This document shows, piece after piece, positions 1-13,695 of a stretch of 64,000 nucleotides of DNA. Source of the DNA: Thalia democratica. Its lineage: Eukaryota. Positions within the stretch are counted from its first letter, which is position 1, and each line of letters starts with the position of its first letter. The translations under genes and the position numbers were made by a program. The stretch spans positions 60,946,001-61,010,000 of the forward strand of contig OZ241827.1 in NCBI GenBank assembly GCA_965202585.1. Reading direction: 5' to 3'. The notes under the pieces were generated by a model. That model was not told where the DNA came from, searched no databases, and was given only the letters and a program-made list of their open reading frames with translations.

Positions 1-1085
1 AGTATTTAAGTTTAACTAAGTGTTAATTAAAAACTTGAACTAAAAATATAGCTGTAAGAATACAAGATAAAGTAAATAATATAACTCAATATGATCTTTA
101 AAAATTTCAACAAAGTATTTTTTCAATAAAAAATAAGGTCAACCTAGAGTTTATATATAAAACAATGTTGACAGCTGGCAGGAAATACAATGACAAAATC
201 CTTCTTAATCCTTATGGCTGGTAGTCCATAAAAACGGAATTGCTATTATAGCAACACCAAGTACTTGTGTGAGGTGACTTGTTACCAAACAATGTCGAAA
301 GATTTAAAGAGCACAACTGACTTTTTTTCCTGAATACCATTCGTCAGTGCTACTACGACTAATTGAAAATCTACCTTGAATGAAACCTACCGATCGGAAA
401 TTTTTTACAAAAGTAATTAGACGTAAAGTATTGGCTTTTAAAAATACTTTTACTTTATACTTTGTTTTCTTTTACATATTAAATTTATCTAAAGTTTTGT
501 TTAAACTTAAAACTCATATTTTTAACTATTTTTGTGTTATTACAGTCTGTAGATGTTTTGAATAGGTGAAATATAAAGTTTATACGTTTTGAAACAAAAC
601 ACTCTCTATGATTTCAAACTAAACATATTTTGGTAATTATTGTGTTGGAATTTGAAAAATTACTACTCAATAAAATAATCGCACACTCGTCCATTTTTGT
701 AAAAAGTTTTTGAATCTAAAAAGTAGAGTTTCAAGTTACTAATAAAATTATGTGTCTGCGTGTGCAATTTTTTTCACATTTTTAATTTTTTACTACGCAA
801 AATACCAATTTTTTAATTATATTTTTTGTCAAAAAAATCCTAGCTTAACTAAATCTCCTGAGAAAAAAATTGAAAAACAAGTATTAAATACATTTATAAA
901 GTATAACTGGTTATTATTATATATTCCAGTGAACTTGTTTCGCTAGGATCTTTTGTTAACAAACGATAAAATTTATATTTTGAATAGTTTTATTTTTAAA
1001 GGCTACTTTAAAATTTAAAATTTGCATCTGCTTTTTAATGCAATTTAAGTTTTAAAGTTCTTATTTACAGTGTTAAATTGCAATA

Positions 1086-1250
1086 AACGTTCATGATGAA
1101 ATCAGTGTGGGAGTCCCTGACTGACTCGAAAAAATGGTTACAACACCAGAATGGTTACTTTTACACCAATTTCAGCATTTAGTGGAGAAAACATGATAAA
1201 GTCTTCAACAAATATGCCATGGCATGAAGCGGTGGCCTTCAAGGTGATCG
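1086..1250 (+). pseudogene. Degenerate fragment of an EF-1alpha-family translational GTPase (EF1A/eRF3/HBS1-like)
   Basis: 1136-1230 translates GYNTRMVTFTPISAFSGENMIKSSTNMPWHEA, matching the EF1A segment GYNPxxVxFVPISGWxGDNMLExSxNMPW. The upstream RFDEI-like segment is out of frame and contains stops. No other EF1A exons recognised in the window. Confidence 0.55.
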
Positions 1251-4200
1251 AAATCTGTGCGCACTAAACTGCAAAAAAATATTCAGTGCATCTTAAGTTG
1301 AATGAAAAATGTTGTACGTTACATTGTACTTTGATGAAATAAAATATAATAAGAGATAAAAAAGTATTATTTTAAATAACTTGTTATGTGAAAAAAAGTG
1401 AATAAAAGGCCACGTTGTAAGTGAAACTGCCGGCCGCAAATAATTCTAATTTTAAAAAATATTCGCCCGCAACTACCAAATGCTTCTCGGCCACTGAACT
1501 AGTTAATGTATTATTATCAAATATAATAACCTTTTTTACAAAAATTAATAGTGTAGTAAAACTTGTGTAAATTTAAGAAGAACTGCACAAAATTTACATG
1601 AAATAAGTAAATTAAATATTTTAATAAACGTTAAATTTATAAAATATTTTTTTAACAAACTGCTTATGACGTAAACCTGAGGCAGTTAGAGTCGGTTACT
1701 TTTTGTTATAATAAGTAGTTTTGTTTAAAATACAACTTTTTAAATTGGTAGTTGGACTGAAAAAAACTTCAAATTAGTAAAAGGTCAAGAATGGATTTTT
1801 TTACATACTTCAAGATAAAGATATGAAATACACTAAACAAAGTAAGTATTTTTTACACATACTAGTTTAAAGGCTTTGTTTCATATATTTATTTTTAAAT
1901 CTAATAATTTTTTTGATGAATCAAAAAAAGTTTTAGCTTGTAATAGCAAATTCTAGTCTACTTTTGTACATTTTACCAATTCAAACAGCTCAAATTTGTT
2001 TTTTTGAGTTAACATAGCCTCACCCAAAAACAGAAAGTTAAAATTAAACAAAAACTGTAAGAAAACTATTTACGACCAAATATATTTGAAAAATCCTAGT
2101 TGTGCAGAAAACAGTAGTAAAGATTGTTGATCGTTTACTTGTAATCAGTTTAAATTATACCTATTTTTTTATAAGTGCATAAATTTACTATAATTAAAAG
2201 TAAGTTAGCATCAAAAAACTTGAAAAGCATATTTTACTTATTTAGCGTTTGTTTTTTTTGCTTTTCTAAATTTTGGACAAGTTTGGTTAATATAAACTAG
2301 ACAATTAAAAGTTAAAAAAAAAAGTTTTCTTATAAACTAATTAAAAAATGTCTTTAAGAAGAAAAAGCTTGTGTGTAACATCATATCATAGAAAGTTTTA
2401 ACAAGATATCGTAAATTTAACTATTTAATATTCAAAAAAGACATTTTTCAATTGTATTGGTTTGTAAATGATCAGCACACTTCTATACAGATATTAGTAT
2501 CAAATTAAAACAACTAAATAAAAAAATTGATTATCTTCATATGTTAAGAAGTTCTTACTAAGAACTACAACTTTAAGAAAAGAAACCTAATCACCATTAA
2601 ATTTAATGTAAGTTCTTAAGCAAAAGTCATTAATCATTCAGTTTCCTACAAAGTTACATTTTAAATGTAGATAATAATTTATAGTATAACATAAGCTCCT
2701 ACACACTTAATGGTAAAGTTAAAGTAGTGGTGAGTAAAAAAATTTGAAAAAGAAAATAAAGCAAGAATTAACAAACAAGTTTTAACAAGACTTTTTTTGT
2801 GAATTATGGATTTACTGCCAAAAATAAATTATAGAGAATTAAAAAAGTATTTTGTGAAAAAAAAGCGAAAGTTTGTTGTTCTTGTGAAGTATAAAAAGAG
2901 AATTGCAAACGAGGATTGGAATAAGAAAGTTACGAAGAGTTTGTATGCATGCAAAACTATTCAGAAACTTTGGTTCACACGAAGTAATGGACTTGGTTCC
3001 AGTAAAACTATTTTGGGCAAAATTTTGTACTCACGAAGCTTTTATGAGATTTGAAAACGTTGAAAGTTTTAGAACTGAAGGGTAACAAAAAGAAAACAGA
3101 AACGTTTAGTACTTAAAAATATAGAAAAACTATATCATCTTGAAGCTTATTTAAGAAAATTAAAAAAAAAAACAAAGAAGTTAAAAGAAAAAATTAACTA
3201 TAGTTAGTTATTTTATTTTCATAAAATATCATTTTTGTTAAAGAACTTTATAAATAAAGAGGTAGGGCCGGTAAGTTATTTCTATGAAAGTTCAGTTTTT
3301 TCCCTTCTTAAATCATGTCTACTAACTCAAAATAATTAAAATAACAGAAAATTTATCACAGACAAAACTATTTTTTAGTTTAGTGCAGCATGTCTAGTGA
3401 AACATTTATGTTTAAAAACTTTCAAAAAGATACAAGATATGGAAATTAAACAAATCTATGTATACATATGTGTGTTTAAAAGATGAAACCTCACTTTCTG
3501 TAAAAAAAAGTTATTTTGTTCTTTATTTTCATTCTAAACAAGCAACTGTTGTAATCATTGTTTTTCTAATAGCTACTTTTTTGTTGCTTTGTATTTCACT
3601 CTTTAACTTTTGCTTGTATTAAACAATAACAGTTATTTTAAATATCATAGATAGAAAAACATCCATGGCATTTAAAACTTAAAGTTTATCCATGTTTTAA
3701 GTTAGAAATGCTGTCTATGTCTATCATTTTGCATAAAACTATTAATAATATCTACTTTAAAATATTGTTAACTTTTTGCAGTATGTAATTCCCTCAAAAT
3801 ACTGTTACTCACTTTCTTGGATAGTTAAAGTATTAAATAGAGAATAATATAAGCTAATACTTGTAACAAGTACAAAACGTTAAGATAAAGTAATAACTAG
3901 TAAAAAAAATCAGAAAACTTACCAAAAAAAAAAACGAACAAAACACTCTCTTGGGTACTTTTCTCTTTCTAGAATTTTACCATAAGTAAATTGTTTAAAA
4001 GAAAAACTATAAAAGAACAGGAAAACAAAGAAAAGTTTAATGATTTTATTAAGTGTTTGAAAAAATCTCAGACAATGATTAAAAAAAAAAGGAAATTTCA
4101 AACAAATAATGATTCTGGGTTGATATGATTGTATTAAGAGATTTTGATTCTGAACAAACTATTGAACTGTCTAGAATACATAATTGGAGAAAAATTGAAG

Positions 4201-5339
4201 TTTTTAAAATTTTGAAAACTTAAAAACTTTACAATTGAATGGATCATAGTTAACAAAAAATAGAAAGGTTAAATAATGTGAAAAAATTTAGATAAAAAAG
4301 CCTGTTTCAAAAATAAAGACACTTATACTGCAACACGAGAACTTTACAGCAAAACGAACGAGGTTGTTTATAGTTTTGCATATCGAAAAGTTTCTGTGGA
4401 ATACTATTAGATTAAAGAGCCGATAAATTATTTTTATCCATAATTTAAACTTAAAAGAATCTTAACCATAACTTTATGATTATTTAGTCTTTTACCTACT
4501 CAAATCATGCTTACCATTTAGAAATAATTAAGTTTATAATACTTTATTCTAATTGCAGAACTCCAAAAAATATTTAAAGATTAGAAAATTATGCTTATTG
4601 TAAGCGTTACAAATGAAATATTTCAAAACTGTTTACAAAAGAATTATCAAACCACAATTTTGGAGATCTCAAAACAAAGTTATTTTTTTCATTTATACTA
4701 TTTTTTTACTTACTAGCTACATTTTGATGATTCATGTTTTTGTTAAAAACTGGTTTTATGAATGCTTTCGTGCACCCAGGTCCTTGCATCAAAAATTTTT
4801 TAGCATCTTAGTATTTGTTCAAAAAATTCGTTTATTTTTAAACTTTGCTTTCAGATTAAACCTATAAGTCGATTTTGTGTATCATAGATTACGAAGTTAC
4901 TTTTATCATTTTCAAGTTTTAATGGATCTAAAAGCTAATTCATGTTAAGAAACTTCCTTATCTCCTGGCCCTTTATAATTTACGTTCTACTAGTTGTAAA
5001 AACGATTCAACTTTTAAATTTCAAATATTTTTAGATGTAAGTTATATAAATTTTGTATTTACAACATACTAAGTTGCTTCTAGTGGCATACTAGTTTATT
5101 ATAAGTAGTACTCATATAGGATATTAATAATAATAATACCTATCCTTCATGAGAAGCCCATTAGCAAACTTATTACTTATCTAAATTGTTTTAGTTTGAA
5201 ATCTGTAACTACATTACAAACTGTTCAAAAGAGGCTTAACTTTGAAGTTCTTTGTATTCTGGGTGTTTTCTTTTGAATTTATCCACGCGAAAGTTCAAAA
5301 CTTACTATTTAAATTTAAAACAGGTTTCGTACATTCTAA

Positions 5340-6350
5340 AAATTTCGTGAAGCCCAAAATAAAATTCGTGCACACCGTGAAGACCACTTATATAAGGATG
5401 GGAAGTTGAAACAAATTAAAAAGTTTATGGAAAAACTCTCTTGAACTCAATTGATTCAACTTCACCACCACCGTAAAGCAGTGAGTACCATTTTACTTTA
5501 AAGCACGAAGCGGAGTTGAGAAAATTCCATATGAAAATAGTTCTGGAAACTAAAAAAAACGAACTCTTTACTTAAAATGACGTGCTTCTTCACCGGTGGA
5601 AAACGTTACGGTTGAATTAGTCGAGCAATGAGCAAACAAAAGAAGCACTTCCGGGCAGCACAGTGCAAATAAATAGTGGTTGCTCTCAAAGAGTCCGTCA
5701 TGGTCGCTGGCGAAACCAAGAATCATTCATCGCCCAAGTTAACGTCTTAGACCATTCGGATAATCTTGTTGCTGAGCAGTAGGGTTGCCACTTTACCTGA
5801 AATCCTTGAATTTAAGAAATTTTGAAAAAAACTTAGAATTTGAGAAATTTTGGAAAAACATGGAATTTTTGAGAATTTTAACATGTTCAGTAGTAAAATT
5901 TCGGTTGGACTCAAAAAAATTATCATATAGATAAAAAATTTGTCATCACCAAAAAGTTTTTTATTAGAAAATACATTTAAAGTAGCTTTACAGTGTCTTT
6001 TCAATCTTTTTATACTATTGAACACGGTTTCTTACCTTAAATTTAAATTAACACTAAAAATAGACCCAAAAATGTGTACTTTTAAAAACCTGGAAGAAAT
6101 TTGAAAAACCTGGAAAAATTTTGAAAAAACGAGTGGCAACCCTGCTGAGTAGTCCCAGTTTTGGATGATCAAACTGCCCACGTGCAGTATAAGTTCGCAC
6201 AACTGCAGTTTTAAGTGGGCATCCGTTCAGGCAAAGTGCTAGAAAAAAAAAGAAATTATTGAAAAGTGGAGACTTGCGCTGGTTAAGCCCGTGCCATATG
6301 CAGACTCTGTGTTGAGACTTACAAAGACTTCCGTCGTTAGGTTCGTTATT
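5340..6350 (+). mobile_element. Degenerate LINE (L2/CR1-like) reverse transcriptase relic, split by a hAT MITE
   Basis: GC-richer than its flanks. Broken frames give IRSGKV...KWRLALVKPVP, resembling the LINE RT motif SxxxGxVPxxWKxAxVxPIPK. Many stops and frameshifts. Confidence 0.4.
5780..6144. mobile_element. hAT-type non-autonomous element (MITE), family A
   Basis: TIRs (t)AGGGTTGCCACT / AGTGGCAACCCT(g). Flanking 8-mers ctgagcag (5772-5779) and ctgagtag (6145-6152) give a 7/8 TSD; 8-bp TSDs are typical of hAT. Confidence 0.85.
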
Positions 6351-7009
6351 AGTCATATGAACTTAATACTGTGAATCGTGTTATAAATTTAATGCAAAAG
6401 AAAGGTTGAAATCAGACAGAAGGCAAAAACCAGAATAGAACAAAAAATAGTAATGACTATCATTAGCAGTTTAAATTACCCGGATTAATATATACAGCTT
6501 ATTGAACGACAAAAAAAGAAGCTTAAAATGTTTGGCCCTGGGATCTAGTGCACAAAAAAACCTTTCGGTTATCTGCTTTATTTATTAGTTATTTGCTTTT
6601 CCAATAAAACAGATGTTTGTATATATAAAGGATATATACGGAGCTAATGTAACAAAAATCATGTTTAAATACTAAACAATATCCTTTAATAATGCAAGTA
6701 ACATTATAAGTTTTTATTTAAGAAAAGTACTAGGATATAAAATCTGGAGTTATGTTATAAAGGTATTAAATTAATACTCTTTAAGCTGAACTTTTAATGT
6801 TAATCAAAATTGTAAAACAAATAACCAAAAGAAACAAGTTAGTAAAGTTAAAAAACAGTTTTATACAGAAATTATAGTGCATTTAAGATAGACTCTGCAC
6901 ATTTGGCTAAAGGAAAGTTTACGTTGTTAATTTGTTATATGCTGAAGTATTGCAATCGAAAACAAGCTAGAATGAAACTTAAAGCCACTATTTCACAAGC
7001 ATTAGACTA

Positions 7010-7180
7010 AAGCAGTAGTTTCTAAAGTAAAGAGGCGATATTTTGAACAAGAAACTGTTAATGCATTAATAATTAATGCTCCAAAAGGGATCACCCCTTT
7101 TATATTCCGGCAACTAAGATTGGTGCCATTGATTTTCCAGCAAAGTTTTTTACAACAAGAGGGCGATTCTGCCCATTATT
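7010..7180 (+). mobile_element. Possible Tc1/mariner transposase relic
   Basis: Open frame without a start: RYFEQETVNA...FRQLR...FLQQEGDSAHY, resembling GPYFFExTVN...FQQDGAPAHY. Short and degenerate. Confidence 0.3.
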
Positions 7181-7199
7181 TTCCAGATTTTCTTAATAT

Positions 7200-7517
7200 A
7201 TTCCAACTTTTTTGGTGCATTTTTAGTATAAAACAAAATTTAGGGTGAAAAATGTTTTATATAGTAGAACAACATTGAAAATAAAATGGAAAACTACCTT
7301 AAATGTGTTTTTAAATAAACAATATTTTAATGATTTTCCCCCTATATTATGGATTTTTATATGAAATCGAATTTTCATTACTTGACGTGTAAAGATTCTT
7401 TTAAATTTCAGGTTTTTCAAGTGATTTCTGTTCAAATTTCTAGGTTTTTTTACAAAATTTATTTAATTCCAGGTTTATTTTACCAAAGTTGTGAAATTTC
7501 AGATCTTTAGCAACTGT
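7200..7517. mobile_element. Eroded copy of hAT MITE family A
   Basis: Shares internal sequence (gtgaaaaatgttttatatagtagaacaacattgaaa, aattccaggttt) with 5780-6144, 8249-8559 and 11302-11642. Termini are decayed. Confidence 0.55.
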
Positions 7518-8248
7518 GTACTTTAGTAACTCAGTCTTTTTTTCAAACTTTGCTTAAAAATCAATAGTACCAGTCCTGGTTGAAATAATACAAAAGAAGT
7601 TGTCCTTATTTAATAAATAATCAATGGTTGACAACCAATTTCTTTAGAATACAAATAGTTTTCTGAATGAGGCGATGAATATAAATTGCCCCCTTACTTT
7701 CAGGATTACTAATTGATAGGGGAACGAGTCAATTATACTCGAAGACACTTTTGTACGAAGAGATATTTTTGCACGAGAGTAAAATTATATAAATATATTT
7801 ATAAAACTAACAAAAAATAAAAAAATTATAAAAAGAAAAAAAATTAAGTTACCAACCGAGGGAAGGGATAACAGTGAAAGTAAAAATAACGAACTAAAAC
7901 CTAAAAAAATAATTCAAAGAAAGAAAAATAATATTTTCCGAGGGTAACAGTAATAGTAAAAATAAATTAATTAAAAAACAAAATTTTACTCGTGCAAATT
8001 CAAAACCTACCCGGTTTACATAATAGTGACTAATTTCCTTCTATGGCGTTCCGGAGTTTCATACTCTAATAATTTAACTTTCTGTTACACTTAAGTTTTT
8101 AGTCACTCGTCTTAATACATGAAATCAAGCTTTGTGATTGCTTTATTTTCTAGTACTTACTTATCATGACAGCAGTAAACTACGTTATCCGGCGCAAACC
8201 TTACTACTGTTAAGTACCAAACGCCAGTTTAAAAAAAAAATGAATATG

Positions 8249-8559
8249 CAGGATTACCACTGGTTTTTGAGAAATTTCTTCCAGGTTTTTGGGCCTATTT
8301 TTAGTTTAAAGTCAAGTTTGAGGTAAAAAAACTGTGTTAAATAGTATAACAACGTTGAAAAGGTACTGTGAAGCTCTTTTAAATGAGCTTTCCTATACAA
8401 TAAAGTTTTTGATGATGAGAAAATTTTTTTATATTTATGATCGAAATTTTACTACTTAACATGTAAAATTTATTTCAAGTTCCACGTTTTAAGTTATTTT
8501 GTTCAAAATTTCTTAAACTCTAGGTTTTTCAAGCCTAAATTGTAAAATTAAGGCAACCG
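8249..8559. mobile_element. Copy of hAT MITE family A (inverted relative to 5780-6144)
   Basis: Starts caggattaccac, ends aggcaacc. The internal gggcctatttttagtttaaag...aactgtgttaaatag...gatgatgagaaa is the reverse complement of the 5780 copy. Confidence 0.75.
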
Positions 8560-11301
8560 GAGGTTGTTGATTACTTAATTTATTGGTACTCATCATAACT
8601 ATTTAATTACTAGATGCTATTTTGGTCTACTTTATACAAATCAGACAGACAGAGTAATGTATCTGTTATAAAAAGGACCCCAAAACACTAATATAAAACT
8701 CTATTTCAAAAACATAAGTTGCTTATATAAATAACTTTGAATAAATAAATCTAAGTTTCAGTGAAAAATACTTTAAAACTTCAACTAATGTGAGCTGTAA
8801 ATATTTTAGAACTTTAAAACAATGATTACTGTTGAAACAATGACACACAATAAATATACGATTAAAATACAACATAGTTCTACAAATACGTCTAATTATT
8901 ACTTCAAGCAAGATCTCAATACATTCATTTGACACTCAAACAATGGAATGGCATATGAAAGATGCATCTCATACTACTTGTGAGAACCATAAATAAAGTT
9001 ATTCAGTCTTTATCAAGGATGTCCTGCACCAGTCTATTACTCGGAAGGGACAAAGCTGGAGAAATATTGTAATACTAAAATTGGGATGATGCAAAAAATC
9101 TATCTTAAGTTGGATCGATCCAACCGAAATTTGTGAATAAAACATAATTAGCAAAAAACTGAAAAAAAAATACTGTAAACCAACCTTTAACATGATAATC
9201 AACCATTAGAATTAAAACAGAAAGAATTTTAAGAAGAAAAACTACAACTTAATTCTTGAAAAAAAAAACTTTGTATAGCTCAACTTTTCTAAAACATTAG
9301 ACGAGTCTGAGATACACGTAAATGATATTGGAAACTGTAAAATGAGTATTTCAACCATGTTTGTTATCAATTTTTAACTTGGATCAACTTCAAAGTATTA
9401 CAAGGGCCACAATTTGAAATATTGAAAACCTTATTTAGTGCTCTTTCATAGCGCTTGGTCTAAAAGAAATTATTAATTTTTTCAACACCAAAAAGTTGAA
9501 CTACGAAAAAGACCTTAAATGTACAAACTAAATTGTATCTATTTTCTAAAAGGTACAAACTGAAATTATTTGACATGAGAAACTCGAAGTCAATGTAATG
9601 TTAAGGCATCAAAATTATTTTTTTATATCAGGATTCCCCCAAGTAATTCATCTTGGTTATCTGGGACTATACAATAAAGACCATAAAGTAGATAAGGAAT
9701 CAACTAGTGAAGGTATCTAATAAAAAAGTGATATAATTATATTTTTAATATTTGCAAAGTGGAAAATTATGAAAACCAGATTGGGAACCCTGCTCTACAA
9801 TAATCATTTATCTTTTTCAGAACATTATTAAACTTATTTCTCATTTTTATAAATAATTTCTTTATCTAAATTAATAGCACCTCATAAAACAATTTGTAAA
9901 ACTTTCAATATTATATAAAAATAAACAACCAAGTAATTAGAATTTGTGTGTTTAATAAACTTTTGAGTGAAAACAAAAACTTTTGAGTGAAATACATGTT
10001 ATGCAATTAAAAAACAAGTTTTAAAAAATAAAATGCAAATAAAATCAAAGACTCCTTCCAACCATCAGTTCTTTTTTCTGTTTCTATAGAACTTCAGTCT
10101 ACCTACAAAATATAAATAAAACTTGCTTTATGAATTTGATTTACTTATATTAAATGTACTTAAAAATATATGTAACCTTGAACTTTGATATTGGTTAACG
10201 AAAACTAGACAAAAATTTGTATTGATACTTGATAAACTTTTATGAATAAATTTAATTTCTATTCTTATGCTGAGAAAAAAGTTTTAGTAGTTTTAGAAGC
10301 AAAGTGAAAATTTAGTTAACATTAAGCTTTTAAGTATAAAAAAAACTTCGAAATAAACAATAATTATACAAAAGTATTAAACTATAAAATAATACAAAAA
10401 TATACTATATATATATATATATACATATTATCACTGCTGGTTATTAAACTCTAAAGATTCACAATTAAAAAAAACTTTGAACTAGAGTCAGAACAAGATT
10501 TTAACAGTTTAGAAAAATGTTGAAATTATTTGACTTGTATTAGTGATTTATATTTAATTTAATTTTTTTTGAATAATAAAAATCAACATATCTCGATTGT
10601 AACAGATATATAGACAAATTGTGAAAAGACAAAAGCAAGATAAAAACAGATTTATAAACAATTTTGTATTAAAAATGGTATATGATTAAATATAAAAAGT
10701 TTTACAGAATCAATATTTATTCAAAAAAATACTTTAGATCAAATGATAACAGGCATATTCATACTTTTTTACAAACTAACTTTTTTATTTCAATAATAAT
10801 TATCTTTATTCTAATAGGTTCACCCTAAACTTTAAAAAACAATTTAATCAAAATATAAATAAACAGTTTTAAAGCAAAAATTTTTATGAAACGAAAGTCA
10901 AATATTTTGATGGTTTTAAGTAGCTTTATAAAACTTATGACCTTCTTATTTCAAAAGTTTTTTTGAGAAAATTTTTGTACAAGTTACTTGTATATGATTA
11001 CAAATTTTAAACATTTACAAACACGTTTTTACAGGATAGGCTTTTCACGCTTAGTAACTTAATGTTTTGAGAATTATTTTTTGTAATTAAAAAAAACTAA
11101 TAAAATTAAATAATTTAGTTTATAAGCACTATAAAAACTTATATTTATGACTACATATTTTCATTACAACTTTTGAAATAAGCCCAATTATCGTTGTTTA
11201 CAAACAAATAGGTATTTTATTTTGTTGAAACACGAATGAATTAAGATTGCTTAAAAAATAATAAAGGCATCAGAATATTAAATTTTAATCTTTTTTATAT
11301 A

Positions 11302-11642
11302 CAAGATTGCCACTCGTTTTTTCAAAAAAAATTCCAGGTTCTCTAAACTTGTTCCAGGTTTTTAAAAGTACACTTTTTGGGTCTATTTTTAGTTTAAAGT
11401 TATGTTTAAGGTAAGAAACTGTGTTAAATAGTGTAAAAACATTGAAAAGATACTGTAAAGCTACTTTAAATATGTTTTTAATGAAAACATTTTTTGATGA
11501 TGACAAAAAAATCTTATATATATGATAGATTTTTTGTGTCAAATTAAAATTTTACTACTGAAAATGTTAAATTTATTAAAAATTTCAGATTTTTTGATAA
11601 AATTCCAGGTTTTTCGAGGATTACAGGTAAAGTGGTAACCCG
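11302..11642. mobile_element. Copy of hAT MITE family A (inverted relative to 5780-6144)
   Basis: Starts caagattgccactcg, ends aagtggtaaccc. Near-colinear reverse complement of 5780-6144. Confidence 0.8.
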
Positions 11643-13009
11643 TATATACATATAGGACTTAATGAAAAAAAAAAGTGATGGAGTTTACAGTATTACATTT
11701 AGTTGAATTAAGTCTGTGAAAATAATATAGCAATAAAATACTTTATAACTAACAACTTTAGTGAATTATGACTTAAGCGACAAAAAATGTAAACAAGAAA
11801 ATGCATAAAAAAATGTTGCAATTTCAAATTATATTATAGTCTTTACTTTACGTTTAAAGTGGAATAAAAAATAGAAACCTAATATTACTTGATGCTTTTC
11901 CATTCATTCCTCCAAATTTTCAGTTAAGATTTTCATTTTTTCCTCAGTATCTATAGTAAAATGTTTTATTTAGTTATAAATCACTTGTTAAATTTTCTGT
12001 GAATATTTAGATTATTAGTAAGTTTATATGTTTAAAAATAAGTTGCATTAAGTGATTATTGCAATGAATCAAGCAAACAAAATTGTAAACTAGCAAACAA
12101 TCTTTAAGTATATTTATTTTTAATCAAAGTTTAAATTGTCAAATAGCTTTATATTTCATCAACAAATGCTTTAAACTAAACAAAAAAATGCTACTATTAA
12201 AATAATCAGACATGTTTTTGCTACATGCTTATTGTTACAAAAAACTTACTTCATAAAATGTATTTAAAAAAAGAAAACAATTTGACCAAAATTTTATTTC
12301 AATTATTTTTGGGTTAAAAAACATTGTAAATGCTTAATGTATATAATAAAAAGACTCTAGACACAAAAGCTTCACCTTAAACTAAAATACAGTTATTTAA
12401 AATTGTAACACAATTCTTGCTTTATTAACTATTTTACTATAAACGAACATATATCAGGCAAAAATTTTACTTTAATTTAGGGACAAGTATAAAAATATCA
12501 TTGCTTATAAATTAAATTTTTATAACAATTTTTTTTTGAAGAACCTTACCGGAAGTTAAAATTTGCAATTAAACTGTCTTAAAGAAAGTTTTTTTTAATA
12601 ACTATCAAAACAAGACACACAAAATACTAAAAAAAATTATCAGCTGAGATAATAAAAGATAAAAAACCAGTAGGAAAAATTACAACTTGTATCATTAAAT
12701 ACTTGAGAATAAACAAAACAAACTTTGTTGGCATCTTTTTAGAAATTACTCTCGAAGTTTTTGAGCAGAAGTGAAGTCATTTTGTGATTAACAACTTACT
12801 GAAAAAAAATAATTTTGTTAGTTAACAATATAAAAAAGAGACTATCTCAGCCATAAGGTGAAAATAGAGGTTTTACCAAGTTCTAATTATATGTTCATAT
12901 TTATTTATTTATATATATAATAAGGTTATTGTTCAAACTTGAACACATTCTACAGAGCCCACTTGAAGGGCCTTTAAATAATTTATTGGAAAACTACAAT
13001 TTTAAAAAT

Positions 13010-13057
13010 ACTGGTACATATGTTTCATAAAGCTAAACGCTTTAATCATCAGCCAGT
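13010..13057 (-). ncRNA. Minimal type-I hammerhead ribozyme
   Basis: Minus strand reads ACUGG CUGAUGA U UAAAGC GUUUA GCUUUA U GAAAC AUAU GUA CCAGU. Stem I is ACUGG/CCAGU, the core is intact, stem II has 6 bp with a U.U closing mismatch, stem III is the palindrome ACAUAUGU, and the cleavage triplet is GUA. Confidence 0.8.
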
Positions 13058-13656
13058 TAAATTTAAACTATAAAGCATTTTACTAAACATAGATGCAAAA
13101 GTTATACAATTAAAAAAAAAACAGTATGACGTTTATAGTGCATTACAAAAATCGATCTTCCATCTAATTAATCAAACAACTAAAATTCACAAAGACCTCA
13201 ATTAAGTGACTATAAAACACTTCAAAATTGATTGTATTTTAAGAGGAACTTTTTCAAATGTCGACAAGCTGATATGAATTCACTACTCTTATAACAACCT
13301 TCCTTTTTTAATGCGTACATAACGGCTGTTGATTCTTTTAAGTACAGCCTACAAACAGGTTTTACCATGTGCTATTGGCTGCGCTCTTTTTATCACCTCC
13401 CAAGTTAATTTAAAATCAGTTGTTTAAATAAGAGGAGTGATATCATATCGTCTTGTTGACATATGAAAAAGCTCCTCTTAAAATACAATAAATTTTGAAG
13501 TATTTTATAGTCTTTTAAGTGTGGTCTTTGTGAATTTTAGTTGTTTGATTAGTTAGATGGCAGATTGTTTTTTGTACTGAATTTTTGTAATGCACAATTA
13601 TACGTCATACTGTTTTTTGTTTTTTTGCATCTATGTTTAGTAAAGTTTTAAATTTA

Positions 13657-13695
13657 ACTGGCTGATGATTAAAGTGTTTAGCTTTATTAAACATA
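13657..13695 (+). ncRNA. Truncated, inactivated inverted copy of the 13010-13057 hammerhead
   Basis: actgg CTGATGA ttaaagtgtttagctttat TAAAC ata: GAAAC has become TAAAC, and homology ends inside stem III before the cleavage triplet. Confidence 0.65.

Noticed and set aside
2806-3085. Overlapping plus-strand ORFs with slightly higher GC
   Set aside because: No recognisable domain or splice structure; possibly an old TE fragment that I cannot assign.
380-12000. Many 60-100 aa ORFs in the track (e.g. 380-565, 752-946, 3919-4101, 4613-4867, 7223-7435, 11285-11542)
   Set aside because: F/K/I/L/N-rich translations typical of AT-rich noncoding DNA or MITE interiors, with no motifs; several start at non-ATG codons.
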